A stretch of 64,000 bases of DNA from Spirochaetota bacterium (lineage in GTDB: Bacteria > Spirochaetota > UBA4802 > UBA5550). Where the stretch lies: assembly GCA_963664815.2 (NCBI GenBank), contig CAXXHB010000002.1:64001-128000 (forward strand), given 5' to 3'. A program made the position numbers and the translations under genes. Below the pieces are notes generated by a model. The model was not told the origin of the DNA. It ran no database searches and saw only the letters and a list, made by a program, of their open reading frames with translations. Below, in pieces: positions 29,138 through 39,147 of the stretch. Each line of letters opens with the position of its first letter. Position 1 is the stretch's first letter.

Positions 29138-30493
29138 CTAGAATTTCATTTTAAAATCTTTTTCTTTGAATATTCTTATACAGGAAGCCACAACATCGGG
29201 ATCAAAATGCTTGCCGGCATATTTACGAAGTTCCTCAAATGCCGCCTCCATACCAAGGGCCGCCCTGTATGGTCTGTGCGAAGCCATGGCTTCAAGGACA
29301 TCTGCTACTGTTATTATTCTCGCCTGTATCAGGATTTCGTCACCTTTAATTCCCCGCGGATATCCCGAGCCGTCAAGTTTTTCATGATGCTGCAGAACTA
29401 TATCTGCAATAGGCCAGGGAAAATCTATATTTTTCATTATCTCATATCCCATCTCGGAATGAGTTTTTATAAGAGCAAATTCAATTTCATTGATTCTCCC
29501 CGGTTTATTCAGGATTTCTGAAGGAATGGCTATCTTTCCAAGATCATGTATCTGGCCCGCAAGATTTACACTCTCTATTATATCCCTGCTGAGCCCCATA
29601 TCCTTTGCTATCTCTTTTGCAATATCGGCCACCTTTTTCTGATGCCCGGCAGTATATGGGTCCCTCGTTTCCACAGTCTTGGTTATTGCTTCAATAGTTC
29701 CGTACATTGCCCTGGTGAGTGTATCCATACTCTCCTGGATTCTTCGGTCATATTCCACCTGTTGTGTAATATCCCTTACAACAAGAACTGCCCCCTGCAG
29801 TTTCCCGTTTCCCAGACGAAGAGGTGTTGAAGTAAAATCAACCGGTATTCTTTTATCTCCCGATGTCAGATAATTGTTGAACTCTATATAATTCATCGAC
29901 ATGGGGAAAAAGACATTGTCCTCCTCTTTCGGGTTGGTTCCCAGCTTCAGGGTTTCACTGATCGGCCTGCCGAGAATATCCTCCTTCCTTAAGTTGAGCA
30001 TCCTCCCCGCAGCGGCATTTACATAGTCAACATCACCGGATTCATCTATAACTATCACTGCATCCATAATGGAATTTAATATAGTTGAAACCCTGTTTTC
30101 ATTCTCTTTTACTTTACTTTCCATCTGGTGACGCAGAAGCGCCATCTCAATTGTCGCCCTAAGGTCCTTTTTGTTAAACGGTTTGATTATATACCCGTAT
30201 GCGTTGCTCTCTTTTGCTCTTTCTATAGTTGAGTAGTCTGATGATGAAGTAATATATACAAATGGTATGGATATAGTACTGTTGATACTTTTTGCCGATT
30301 CAATACCATCAAGCTTTCCCTCAAGATTGATATCCATAAGAACCAGATCCGGACCTTTTTTATTAATAATATCAACCGCTTCCTCCCCGGATGATACAGC
30401 TCCTGAAAGATAGTATCCGATATCAAGTATATACTTTTGAATCAGCTTTGATGTAATTCTGTCATCTTCAACGAGTAAAATATTGTACATCAT
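29138..30493 (-). CDS. Response regulator, REC-PAS-HD-GYP cyclic dinucleotide phosphodiesterase
   Basis: ILLVEDD...DLVLMD...KPF; PAS domain; HDLGK and HHEKLDGSGYP. Confidence 0.9.
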   Translation of the reverse strand: MMYNILLVEDDRITSKLIQKYILDIGYYLSGAVSSGEEAVDIINKKGPDLVLMDINLEGKLDGIESAKSINSTISIPFVYITSSSDYSTIERAKESNAYGYIIKPFNKKDLRATIEMALLRHQMESKVKENENRVSTILNSIMDAVIVIDESGDVDYVNAAAGRMLNLRKEDILGRPISETLKLGTNPKEEDNVFFPMSMNYIEFNNYLTSGDKRIPVDFTSTPLRLGNGKLQGAVLVVRDITQQVEYDRRIQESMDTLTRAMYGTIEAITKTVETRDPYTAGHQKKVADIAKEIAKDMGLSRDIIESVNLAGQIHDLGKIAIPSEILNKPGRINEIEFALIKTHSEMGYEIMKNIDFPWPIADIVLQHHEKLDGSGYPRGIKGDEILIQARIITVADVLEAMASHRPYRAALGMEAAFEELRKYAGKHFDPDVVASCIRIFKEKDFKMKF

Positions 30494-30714
30494 CCACCTT
30501 TTATTAAAATCTTTTTTACTATAAGAAATTCTTACAGCCGCTTATGTTAATAATAAATATAAATGTATGTTTTGTAAACAAATAGCCTCAATCAGCAGGA
30601 TATCAGGTTTTTATAAAAGAATCATAATTATATGTCTTCTTTTTATAATACTATACTTTTAAATCTACTTTTTTATATGTGTAATTCCAATATTTATTCT
30701 TTAATCTTTTTAAA

Positions 30715-30762
30715 GCATTTAGTAAAAGTGACTTTTTTAAAAAAGTTACTTTTACTAAATGC
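30715..30762. promoter_or_regulatory. 48-bp near-perfect palindrome in a divergent promoter region
   Basis: gcatttagtaaaagtgactttttt|aaaaaagttacttttactaaatgc, one mismatch. Confidence 0.5.
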
Positions 30763-31025
30763 GGCAAATATGATTATTGATATTATGAATTTTATAAAAA
30801 ATATAGTAGCAATTCCAAACCAGATATTATATTGCCAAAAAAAGGCTCATAAAGATTTTGTATTAGTACTATTATACAGTTGTAGCAGGATAAAATTAAA
30901 GTATAGTGATTTTTTATTAAAAAAGGAGTTTTTTGCAACTTTTAACATGAATATTGGTATAAAAAAACGAATGGACATATATAAAATAACTCAAAGATAT
31001 GTATCTGATTTTTCAGGAGGTAAAG

Positions 31026-34000
31026 ATGTACAGCTTAGGCATTAATATCGGCTCATCCAGCATTAAAACTGTATTGATGGATGGAGAAAGCCTGATTTCA
31101 TTTAATGTAATCGACCATGAGGGTGATTTTTTAACGGCACTGAAAAAAGTGATCTATGAAGATAAAATCCCCTCAGATTGTAAAATTCTTGTAACCGGTA
31201 CAGAGGGCCGGTTTCTGGTCAATTCAAACAATGTTATAGAAAGTTTATGTGTTGAAGCAGCTATCAGAAAACTTAATATAAAAACCGATGCAGTAGTTTC
31301 ACTTGGCGGGGAAAATTTTGTTGTTTATACTCTTGATGAAACAGGCAAAATTATTACAAATTTTTCCGGCAACAAATGCGCTTCAGGCACGGGAGAGTTC
31401 TTCAAACAGCAGTTAGGGAGAATGGATTTAACTCTCCGGGATATCGATGTAATCCCTGAATGTTCAAAACCGCATCCATTATCATCCAGATGTTCAGTCT
31501 TCATGAAAAGCGACTGTACACACAAGCTTAACAAGGGTGAGGCAACAAAACATGATATAGTTCTTTCGCTCAGTGATGTAATGGCAACAAAGGTTGCCGA
31601 TTTTCTGAAAAGGGCCAAAATAAGAGACGGCCGCGTTGTACTCACCGGCGGAGTTACTGAAAATACTCATATCATTAAATATATAAAAGATAAACTCCCG
31701 GGTCTTGAAATTATTGTTCCCGATCAGGCCAAGTATTTTGAAGCATATGGCGCGGCGCTGCTTGCCGCCAGCTCAGGAAGCCCTCTCCCTTCACCAGAAA
31801 CAGTTTTTAAAAACAATGAGATCGCTTTCGGAAGGTACCCCTCACTTAAAAATTCTCTGGGACGAGTCAACTATATTGAACCTTTGAGATCAAAAGTAAG
31901 AGCAGGCAGAGAATACATCCTTGGCATCGACGGTGGTTCCACTACCACGAAGGTTGCCCTGATAGATTTTGAAACAGATGAAATTGTTGCTGATTATTAT
32001 GGAAGAACTCACGGAGACCCGGTTAATGCACTGAAAAAATGTCTCATAGAAGTTCAGGGGCAGATTAAAGAACAGATAGGCGATTCACCGATAAACATTA
32101 CGCTTTCAGCCACAACAGGTTCTTCACGGGAGATTCTCGGAGTTTTCATGGAAACAGCGGGAATCTACAATGAAATCATAGCACACGCAACAGGTACTAC
32201 CTATTTCAAGAATGATATTGACACAATCTTCGAAATCGGCGGTCAGGATGCGAAATATGTTTATCTTAAAAACGGTGTTCCGATAGACTATGCAATGAAC
32301 GAAGCCTGTTCCGCCGGTACAGGCTCATTCCTTGAAGAATCAGCGGCCGGCGATCTCAATATAACTGATGTCAAACAGATAGGAGACATTGCCCTGTCGG
32401 CTACATCCCCTTTGAAATTCGGAGAGCACTGTTCAGCTTTTATAAACTCTGACATAAGAAAGGCTATACAGTACGGCGCCCGAAAAGAGGACATCACCGC
32501 CGGGATCATCACCTCGATTGTTTCAAACTATCTCAACAGGGTTGTGGGGAACAGATCAATAGGGCAGAACATAGTGTTACAGGGGGGGGTTGCGAAGAAT
32601 AAAGCCGTTCCACTTGCATTCGCCATGCTTCTGGACAAGAATATTACCGTACCTCCAAGTCCTGAACTTCTCGGAGCCTTCGGGGTAGGTATTCTAGCAA
32701 AGCAAAAGTTCAAAGACGGACTTCTTGATAAAGGATCATTTAACCTTGAAGAGCTTATAAAAACAGAAATTATAAATGAAAAAGAGTTCACCTGCAGGGC
32801 ATGCGACAATTACTGCCCGATAAAAGTATTAAATGTAAACAGCCACAAGTATATGTTCGGCGGCCGATGCAACAAATACGCCAACTCGAGAAAGAAAAAG
32901 GAGATAGATGAAAGTACAATATTCAACTATATAGATACACGTGAAGAACTGATGTTCAATGAGTTTGCACCGGACAAAGAATCTTTTGAAAGAAAAAAAG
33001 ATTATGTTGTTGGTATCCCCAGGGCATTTTCAGTTTATACACTCTGGCCGTTCTATTCATGGTTCTTCCATTCTCTTGGCATTGAGGCAAAGCTGTCGGA
33101 AGAGATCCTTCAGGACGGAGTTGCAAAGGTGGAGAGCGCATACTGCTTCCCCGCAGAGATTGCCCATGGAGCCGTACAGGCTGTCATCAACTCGGATGCT
33201 GATTTTATTTTTGTCCCTCATTTCAGGGACATGCCAAGTTATGTCGATGAGGTTCATGCAAATTTCTGTCCAATTACGCAGAGTCTCCCCTATTATTTAA
33301 AAAAGGCTTTCACTGAAATTGACGAGAGAATGATTCTTGCTCCGATAATCAGCTTTAAATACGGGACTGAAAAAGCGCTTAAAGGCATGCTTGATCTGGC
33401 CTCACAGCTTGATGTCTCTGAAAATGAAATTGAAAAAGCCTTCAAAATAGCCATTAATAAGCAGGAGGAGTTCTTTGCCAGGTACAAGACCCTCGGTGCA
33501 GAGGCGCTGGAAAAAGCGCGAAAAGCGAAACATCCTGTAATAGCTGTTCTCGGAAGACCATATAACGCTTTCACCAAAGACGCCAACATGGGTATCCCGA
33601 AAAAATTCACAAGCAGGGGTTACTCGGTAATACCGTTTGACATGCTACCATTCGAGGATACGCAGATTTTCAGCAACATGTACTGGTACTATGGACAGCA
33701 GGATATGAAAGCAGCTTCGCTTCTGAAGAATGAGGATAACATATTCATAACCTTCATCTCCAACTTTTCCTGCGCACCAGATTCATTTATGCTTCATTAT
33801 ATCAAATGGATGATGGGAACAAAACCGTTCCTGATACTGGAACTTGACTCCCACTCGGCTGATGCAGGAATTGACACGCGTGTTGAAGCATTCCTTGATA
33901 TAATTGAAGGTTATCGTCTCAAGTTTACCGGAGATGACGACAACCGGTATGATAATGGCCTCAGGTTTATTAATAACGGCAAAGACAAACTCCATGTTTA

Positions 34001-35336
34001 TGATGTAGTTAACAATAAACGGATAGAACTTTTCGGAAATAAAAAAGTCAAACTTCTGCTGTCAAATATGGGAAGACTTTCAAGCGAACTGATGGCAGCC
34101 TCACTCCGCGGAATTGACATAAATGCAGAAGCAATGCCTCTTCCGGATGTATATACCCTGCAGGCAGCCAGAAGCTACATGTCTGGCAAGGAATGTCTCC
34201 CCTCACAGCTGGTCCTTGGCAGCGCGCTGAAATATTTTCAGTCGGACAAATACAGGAAGGATGAGATATACCTTCTCTTTGTCCCTACAACAACCGGCCC
34301 GTGCCGTACAGGGCAGTACTTTGTCTTCTACGAAAACCTTTTCCGCGACATGAGGCTTGAAAACGTTCTGGTTATAACGCTTGATTCAGAGAACTCATAC
34401 AATGAAATGGGAGCTGATTTTTCCAAAAACTCATGGTGGGGACTTGTTATTGCCGACTACATGAAAGATATAGAAACATCTCTCCGGACATGCGCGGAAG
34501 ATCCTGCGGCAGCAATTGCCAAATATGACGAGCTTTGGCACGGACTTGTAGATGTAACCGAAAAGGATATAAAACAGATTATACCGGCGCTTAAGAATAT
34601 TGCATCGGAAATAAAAAAGATACCGCTCAAACAGAAAGTGGAAGACACTGCCAAGATACTTATAGTCGGAGAGATTTATGTAAGAAGAGACGACTTTGCG
34701 GTAGATGAACTTGTAAGGATAATGAGCAGAAAGGGTATAATTGCCAAGGTTTCAGGCATCACGGAGTGGATTTACTACACCGATTTTGTGCGACGGAATG
34801 AAATCATTAAAAGGTACAGACTGCTCCCATGGTATAAAAAACTCTTCTCAAAGGAGATGAAAGATCTTATTCTGTGGCGGATTGAGGAGATCTGGAAACA
34901 TAGTGTTGATAAAAAAATCAAAAAGGCTCTGTCTGTTACAAATTTAATACCGACAACTCCTCACAATATGAAGGAGATAATGGGTAATGCCAATGAACAC
35001 TTTGTACATTCAGAACTCGATTCTGAGATTTCAATCTCCAGCGGAGTAGCCTCGACAGCCATGATGTCCGATTATTCAGGGGTAATAAATATTTCACCAT
35101 TTGCCTGCCTTATAGGGCGTGTCATAGAAGGACTGATTACACCATGGAGCAGAGACAGAAACTATCCTGTGATATCGGTTGAAATTGACGGGTCACTTTT
35201 ACCGCCGAATATTGTAAGTAAACTTGAGATTTTTATGCTTAATGTACTGCGGTTCAGGCAGAACCCAGAACTTTCCGATCTTGTAGAAAATAAAGGTTAT
35301 AATGATTTATCTATGAGCAGGAAAATTATAAAATAG
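31026..35336 (+). CDS. Fused double ATPase activase + DUF2229 + dehydratase/reductase (PlsA/PlsR- or Ger-type ether lipid synthase family)
   Basis: Two BadG/HgdC-type ASKHA domains (GINIGSSSIK..KCASGTG; GIDGGSTTTK..NEACSAGTG), CxxCxNxC, YCFPAE, FSCAPDS, KECLP, GPCRTGQY, PFACL; GGAGG before ATG 31026. Confidence 0.85.
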   Translation: MYSLGINIGSSSIKTVLMDGESLISFNVIDHEGDFLTALKKVIYEDKIPSDCKILVTGTEGRFLVNSNNVIESLCVEAAIRKLNIKTDAVVSLGGENFVVYTLDETGKIITNFSGNKCASGTGEFFKQQLGRMDLTLRDIDVIPECSKPHPLSSRCSVFMKSDCTHKLNKGEATKHDIVLSLSDVMATKVADFLKRAKIRDGRVVLTGGVTENTHIIKYIKDKLPGLEIIVPDQAKYFEAYGAALLAASSGSPLPSPETVFKNNEIAFGRYPSLKNSLGRVNYIEPLRSKVRAGREYILGIDGGSTTTKVALIDFETDEIVADYYGRTHGDPVNALKKCLIEVQGQIKEQIGDSPINITLSATTGSSREILGVFMETAGIYNEIIAHATGTTYFKNDIDTIFEIGGQDAKYVYLKNGVPIDYAMNEACSAGTGSFLEESAAGDLNITDVKQIGDIALSATSPLKFGEHCSAFINSDIRKAIQYGARKEDITAGIITSIVSNYLNRVVGNRSIGQNIVLQGGVAKNKAVPLAFAMLLDKNITVPPSPELLGAFGVGILAKQKFKDGLLDKGSFNLEELIKTEIINEKEFTCRACDNYCPIKVLNVNSHKYMFGGRCNKYANSRKKKEIDESTIFNYIDTREELMFNEFAPDKESFERKKDYVVGIPRAFSVYTLWPFYSWFFHSLGIEAKLSEEILQDGVAKVESAYCFPAEIAHGAVQAVINSDADFIFVPHFRDMPSYVDEVHANFCPITQSLPYYLKKAFTEIDERMILAPIISFKYGTEKALKGMLDLASQLDVSENEIEKAFKIAINKQEEFFARYKTLGAEALEKARKAKHPVIAVLGRPYNAFTKDANMGIPKKFTSRGYSVIPFDMLPFEDTQIFSNMYWYYGQQDMKAASLLKNEDNIFITFISNFSCAPDSFMLHYIKWMMGTKPFLILELDSHSADAGIDTRVEAFLDIIEGYRLKFTGDDDNRYDNGLRFINNGKDKLHVYDVVNNKRIELFGNKKVKLLLSNMGRLSSELMAASLRGIDINAEAMPLPDVYTLQAARSYMSGKECLPSQLVLGSALKYFQSDKYRKDEIYLLFVPTTTGPCRTGQYFVFYENLFRDMRLENVLVITLDSENSYNEMGADFSKNSWWGLVIADYMKDIETSLRTCAEDPAAAIAKYDELWHGLVDVTEKDIKQIIPALKNIASEIKKIPLKQKVEDTAKILIVGEIYVRRDDFAVDELVRIMSRKGIIAKVSGITEWIYYTDFVRRNEIIKRYRLLPWYKKLFSKEMKDLILWRIEEIWKHSVDKKIKKALSVTNLIPTTPHNMKEIMGNANEHFVHSELDSEISISSGVASTAMMSDYSGVINISPFACLIGRVIEGLITPWSRDRNYPVISVEIDGSLLPPNIVSKLEIFMLNVLRFRQNPELSDLVENKGYNDLSMSRKIIK

Positions 35337-35346
35337 AATGTTCTAT

Positions 35347-35375
35347 TCTCTGTGCCGCCTTCGGCGGCGCAGAGA
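35347..35375. terminator. Hairpin between convergent genes, probable bidirectional terminator
   Basis: tctctgtgccgcc-ttc-ggcggcgcagaga, lying between the stops at 35336 and 35384. Confidence 0.7.
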
Positions 35376-35383
35376 TAAATTTA

Positions 35384-36433
35384 TTATTTTATTTCATCTT
35401 TTTTTAACGGCATTGTCTTTTTATATTCGTCAAGATTCTTCAGGATACCTGATTTATCATCTTTGAATTTCTTCATAATACTGTCATAAGCTTTTTTATA
35501 TTCCTCTTTTACCTTCTGAATGGCCTGCTGATTTTTTATCTGCTGTTCCTGAACCTTGTTGCAACTATCAACTATTTCCCTGAACTTGTTTTTAATATCG
35601 GCGCTTTTCCCGCCATAATCGTTCATCAGGTTTTCTATGCTTTTTTTAGACGCTTCATTCATCAGCATATTGTCTTCATTTTTAGATTCCGAGTTTATTA
35701 TCTTATCTCCGGAGAGGGCAAGATCCTCCTTCGTTTTTGCTTTTTCAGTCATATCCTTCAGTTTATTCAGTTCCTCTGCACCAGACTCGCTCTCCTCTCC
35801 GAACTTTTTAATATGGGATTCATATTTATCTGCCTGATCATCCATATCGTTTTCAAGTGATTCGTCGCTTTCATTCTGCCACTCTTTAAGGTTGTTTTCA
35901 TTTTTCCCTGTTTCAGGCTCTTCCGCAAGATCGGTTTCCGCCGAATATCCTTCTTCAAGTTCAACATTCCCGTATGGATTTCTGACATCAAGTTTACCCT
36001 CGGTAAGTTCTATCTTTGAACTCCCGCCCTTGCTTACTCCCATTGTAAATTCTGTCCCTCTGACTGCGCAGATCGCAGTTGGAGATCCAAGCTTATGCTC
36101 ACCTTTTTTAAGTTTAACAAATTTTCCGCTGACTTCTCCGGATACTACTGAAACAGATCCTGAGTCTTTGACACTTATGCTCCCTATCTGAACAACCGAA
36201 TTCTCTTTAATGGTTATCTTGCTTGTGTCATCATAAACAAGTTCAACTATTCCACCCTTCGAGGTTTTGATTATATCTCCATTGGAAACAATGTCTCCTA
36301 CTTTCAGATTGACTGTTTTGCCGTTCCTTGTAAGAGTCGAAGAGCCCAGGAAGAATGTAACCTTCATTGGAAACCCGAAAACAGGAATTAACGAAAAAAT
36401 AATTATACCTGCAGCAATTGTTTTAAGTTTCAT
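35384..36433 (-). CDS. Secreted FecR-domain protein with coiled-coil C-terminus (LipL45-like)
   Basis: Signal peptide; GDIIKT..GG.VEL and SPTAICAVRGTEF FecR motifs; acidic/helical tail. Confidence 0.75.
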   Translation of the reverse strand: MKLKTIAAGIIIFSLIPVFGFPMKVTFFLGSSTLTRNGKTVNLKVGDIVSNGDIIKTSKGGIVELVYDDTSKITIKENSVVQIGSISVKDSGSVSVVSGEVSGKFVKLKKGEHKLGSPTAICAVRGTEFTMGVSKGGSSKIELTEGKLDVRNPYGNVELEEGYSAETDLAEEPETGKNENNLKEWQNESDESLENDMDDQADKYESHIKKFGEESESGAEELNKLKDMTEKAKTKEDLALSGDKIINSESKNEDNMLMNEASKKSIENLMNDYGGKSADIKNKFREIVDSCNKVQEQQIKNQQAIQKVKEEYKKAYDSIMKKFKDDKSGILKNLDEYKKTMPLKKDEIK

Positions 36434-36805
36434 AGAATCCCCCTGTGATAAAAGTCATCACAGGATTATAATATGATAGTATTAAGATAATTACAACTAA
36501 TTTTCTCTTTACGACAAGTGTAATTGAATCACACTTGTCGGGATATGCTTTGAAATGATTATAAAAATAAATTTTAACTTTAAATACTGTGATATTACCG
36601 GTTGAATTAACATCTGGATTAAACTCCGCTCAGCCAACGTAACTCGTGCTCTCAAGCTGTATCAGGTTTGCCGGGATAAATGGAACTGAATTGGAAGATG
36701 TATTAATTCATTCATGAATGCAGGTTATAATTTAAAATAATTGTTTCAAAAACAGAATGTTTCTGATTACATGTCCGGTATATTAATAACGTTGAAAGAA
36801 CCTTT

Positions 36806-38038
36806 ATGAACCATTACGACATAATAATCATAGGTGCAGGCCCTGCCGGCCTTTTCTGTGCCATGAACTGCGGACCGCTGCATGATGCCAGTGTACTGAT
36901 ACTGGAAAAGAACAGTATTCCGGGTAAAAAACTTCTTCTCTCCGGATCCGGGCAATGCAACATCACTCATGCAGGAACCGTTTCAGATTTTATACATCAT
37001 TACGGCAACGGAGGTGACTTTGTCAAACCTGTACTAAAAACCTTTCCTCCGGCTGCACTGAGGGACTTTCTTCATAAAAACAATATACCCACAGCGGAAA
37101 GGGAAAACGGGAAAATATTTCCCGAATCCATGAGGTCCTCCGATGTTCTCTCCATGATGGTTTCTCACTGTTTACAAAACGGAGTAACATTAAGGTACGA
37201 TTCCCCGGTCTTAAAAACAGTTTTCAGAAACGGAGTATTCACAGTTTACTCCGGTAATGAGATGTTCACCGCAAAAATACTTGTAATTTCCACAGGTGGA
37301 AAATCTTATCCCTCAACCGGTTCAACCGGTGACGGATTTATATTTGCGGAGAGTTTAGGCCACAGTATTATAAAACCTGCCCCCTCCCTTACGCCTGTGA
37401 TAATTAAAAATTTCACCTTTGCTGAACTATCCGGCATTTCATTTAAAAACAGGAACGTTTCCCTTTTTAAAAATGGGAAAAAAGTTTATTCCTCAGCCGG
37501 GGATATACTCTTCACTCACAAAGGATTGTCTGGACCCGTAATACTCGATATGAGCAGGTATATAGACAAAGATGATATACTCGAAATCTCTCTTGCCGGG
37601 AAAACTGTCGAATCATTAAACAGTGATTTTATATCAGAATCCAGGTTACAGGGGAGAAAGAGTATAAAAAACTTTTTAAAAAACTATGATTTTGCAGAGA
37701 GACTTATTTCAATGATACTGGCGCAGGAGAGGATTGATCCTCAAAAAAATATATCCGAGATAAGCAGAGAGGAGCGTGTTAAACTGTTCAGGTCTCTTGC
37801 CGAATATCCGTTCATAGTTGCGGATAAGGGGAACTATAATATCGCCATGGCTACAGCGGGCGGCGTATGCAGAGACGAGATTGACAGGCGTACAATGGAA
37901 TCAAAAATTGTGCCGGGACTTTATTTCGCAGGTGAAGTAACAGATATAGATGGCGATACCGGCGGATATAATATGCAGTGGGCCTTTTCTTCAGGTAAAG
38001 CGGCAGCCGATGGAATTAAGAGAAAAATATTTCACTGA
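36806..38038 (+). CDS. HI0933/YhiN (BaiN-like) family flavoprotein
   Basis: GAGPAG, GKKLLLSGSGQCNITH, GGKSYPSTGSTGDG, GLSGP, GGYNMQWAFSSG. Confidence 0.92.
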   Translation: MNHYDIIIIGAGPAGLFCAMNCGPLHDASVLILEKNSIPGKKLLLSGSGQCNITHAGTVSDFIHHYGNGGDFVKPVLKTFPPAALRDFLHKNNIPTAERENGKIFPESMRSSDVLSMMVSHCLQNGVTLRYDSPVLKTVFRNGVFTVYSGNEMFTAKILVISTGGKSYPSTGSTGDGFIFAESLGHSIIKPAPSLTPVIIKNFTFAELSGISFKNRNVSLFKNGKKVYSSAGDILFTHKGLSGPVILDMSRYIDKDDILEISLAGKTVESLNSDFISESRLQGRKSIKNFLKNYDFAERLISMILAQERIDPQKNISEISREERVKLFRSLAEYPFIVADKGNYNIAMATAGGVCRDEIDRRTMESKIVPGLYFAGEVTDIDGDTGGYNMQWAFSSGKAAADGIKRKIFH

Positions 38039-38120
38039 CTCTGTTATTATAATCGACGTAAAAACATCTTTTATTATTATGGCTTTAATATTTTAAATAT
38101 TTTCAGTCAGAGAGTTTATT

Positions 38121-38975
38121 ATGGATAACCGGCAGACACAAACTGGAATACTGGCAATGGTTGCCACGGCCTCACTCTGGAGTATCGCCGGGCTTTTTAT
38201 CAAGGTAATAGACTGGAATCCCATGGCAATCGCCGGGCTTCGCAGTTTAATAGGGTCCTTTGTTTTGCTGATATATCTTAAAAAACCGAAACTGCACCTG
38301 TCATTTCCTCAGGTAGCCGCTGCAGTTGCGAACGCCGTGACCATGCTTCTCTTTGTAATAGCAAACAAAACCACCACTGCCGCAAACGCCATCCTGCTTC
38401 AGTACATTGCTCCGGTACTTACCGCATTTATCGGAGCGGCTCTTTTAAAAGAGAGGACACGGATAGAACACTGGATCGCTTTTCTTGTGGTGGCTGCCGG
38501 GATGATAATAATGTTCATGGGAAAACTCGGCGGGGGACAGATGCTTGGAAATATTATTGCGTTAACGTCCGCATTTACCTTCAGCCTGTACTTTGTCTTT
38601 ATGAGAATGCAGAAGGATGAATCGCCATTCGAATCTATACTTCTATCCCACTGGATTACTGCGGGAGTTGCCCTTGTCGCGTCGATATTTCTCCCGTTTC
38701 CGCATTTTACATTCAAATCAGTGGGGGCCATTATGGTTCTCGGAATTATACAGATAGGCATCCCCTCTATTCTCTTTGCTGTTGCGATAAAGAGAATAAC
38801 TGCCGTATCGGCAAATCTAATTGCTGTAATAGAACCGGTCTTTAACCCGGTATGGGTCTTCCTTGTACTGCACGAATCCCCGGGAACAAATACGGTAATC
38901 GGCGGAGCTGTTATTGTACTGGCGGTAACAGGAGTCTCTATTATAAGCAGCAGAAGACAGGCTACGCAGAATTAA
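38121..38975 (+). CDS. EamA/DMT family transporter
   Basis: About 10 TM segments; ANAILLQY.AP and IEPVFNPVWV motifs. Confidence 0.88.
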   Translation: MDNRQTQTGILAMVATASLWSIAGLFIKVIDWNPMAIAGLRSLIGSFVLLIYLKKPKLHLSFPQVAAAVANAVTMLLFVIANKTTTAANAILLQYIAPVLTAFIGAALLKERTRIEHWIAFLVVAAGMIIMFMGKLGGGQMLGNIIALTSAFTFSLYFVFMRMQKDESPFESILLSHWITAGVALVASIFLPFPHFTFKSVGAIMVLGIIQIGIPSILFAVAIKRITAVSANLIAVIEPVFNPVWVFLVLHESPGTNTVIGGAVIVLAVTGVSIISSRRQATQN

Positions 38976-39147
38976 TATATATTACTGCATGATTTATTTC
39001 AGGCGACAACTATCTTGGCACATAGGGCACTCTTCCGAAATCAAATAGCAACTTTTTCAACAGTTCAGAATAATAACCCTTATATCTTCTTATTCGGATA
39101 TTATCGTTAATTATAATATCTATCCCTGTTGACGTCATGGTTTCGTT

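Noticed and set aside
30632-31045. 137-aa ORF upstream of the activase
   Set aside because: Very AT-rich promoter DNA, no SD, composition typical of a spurious ORF.
39045-39070. actttttcaacag, resembling an IS5/IS1182-type end
   Set aside because: Too short; no partner inverted repeat, target duplication or transposase found.
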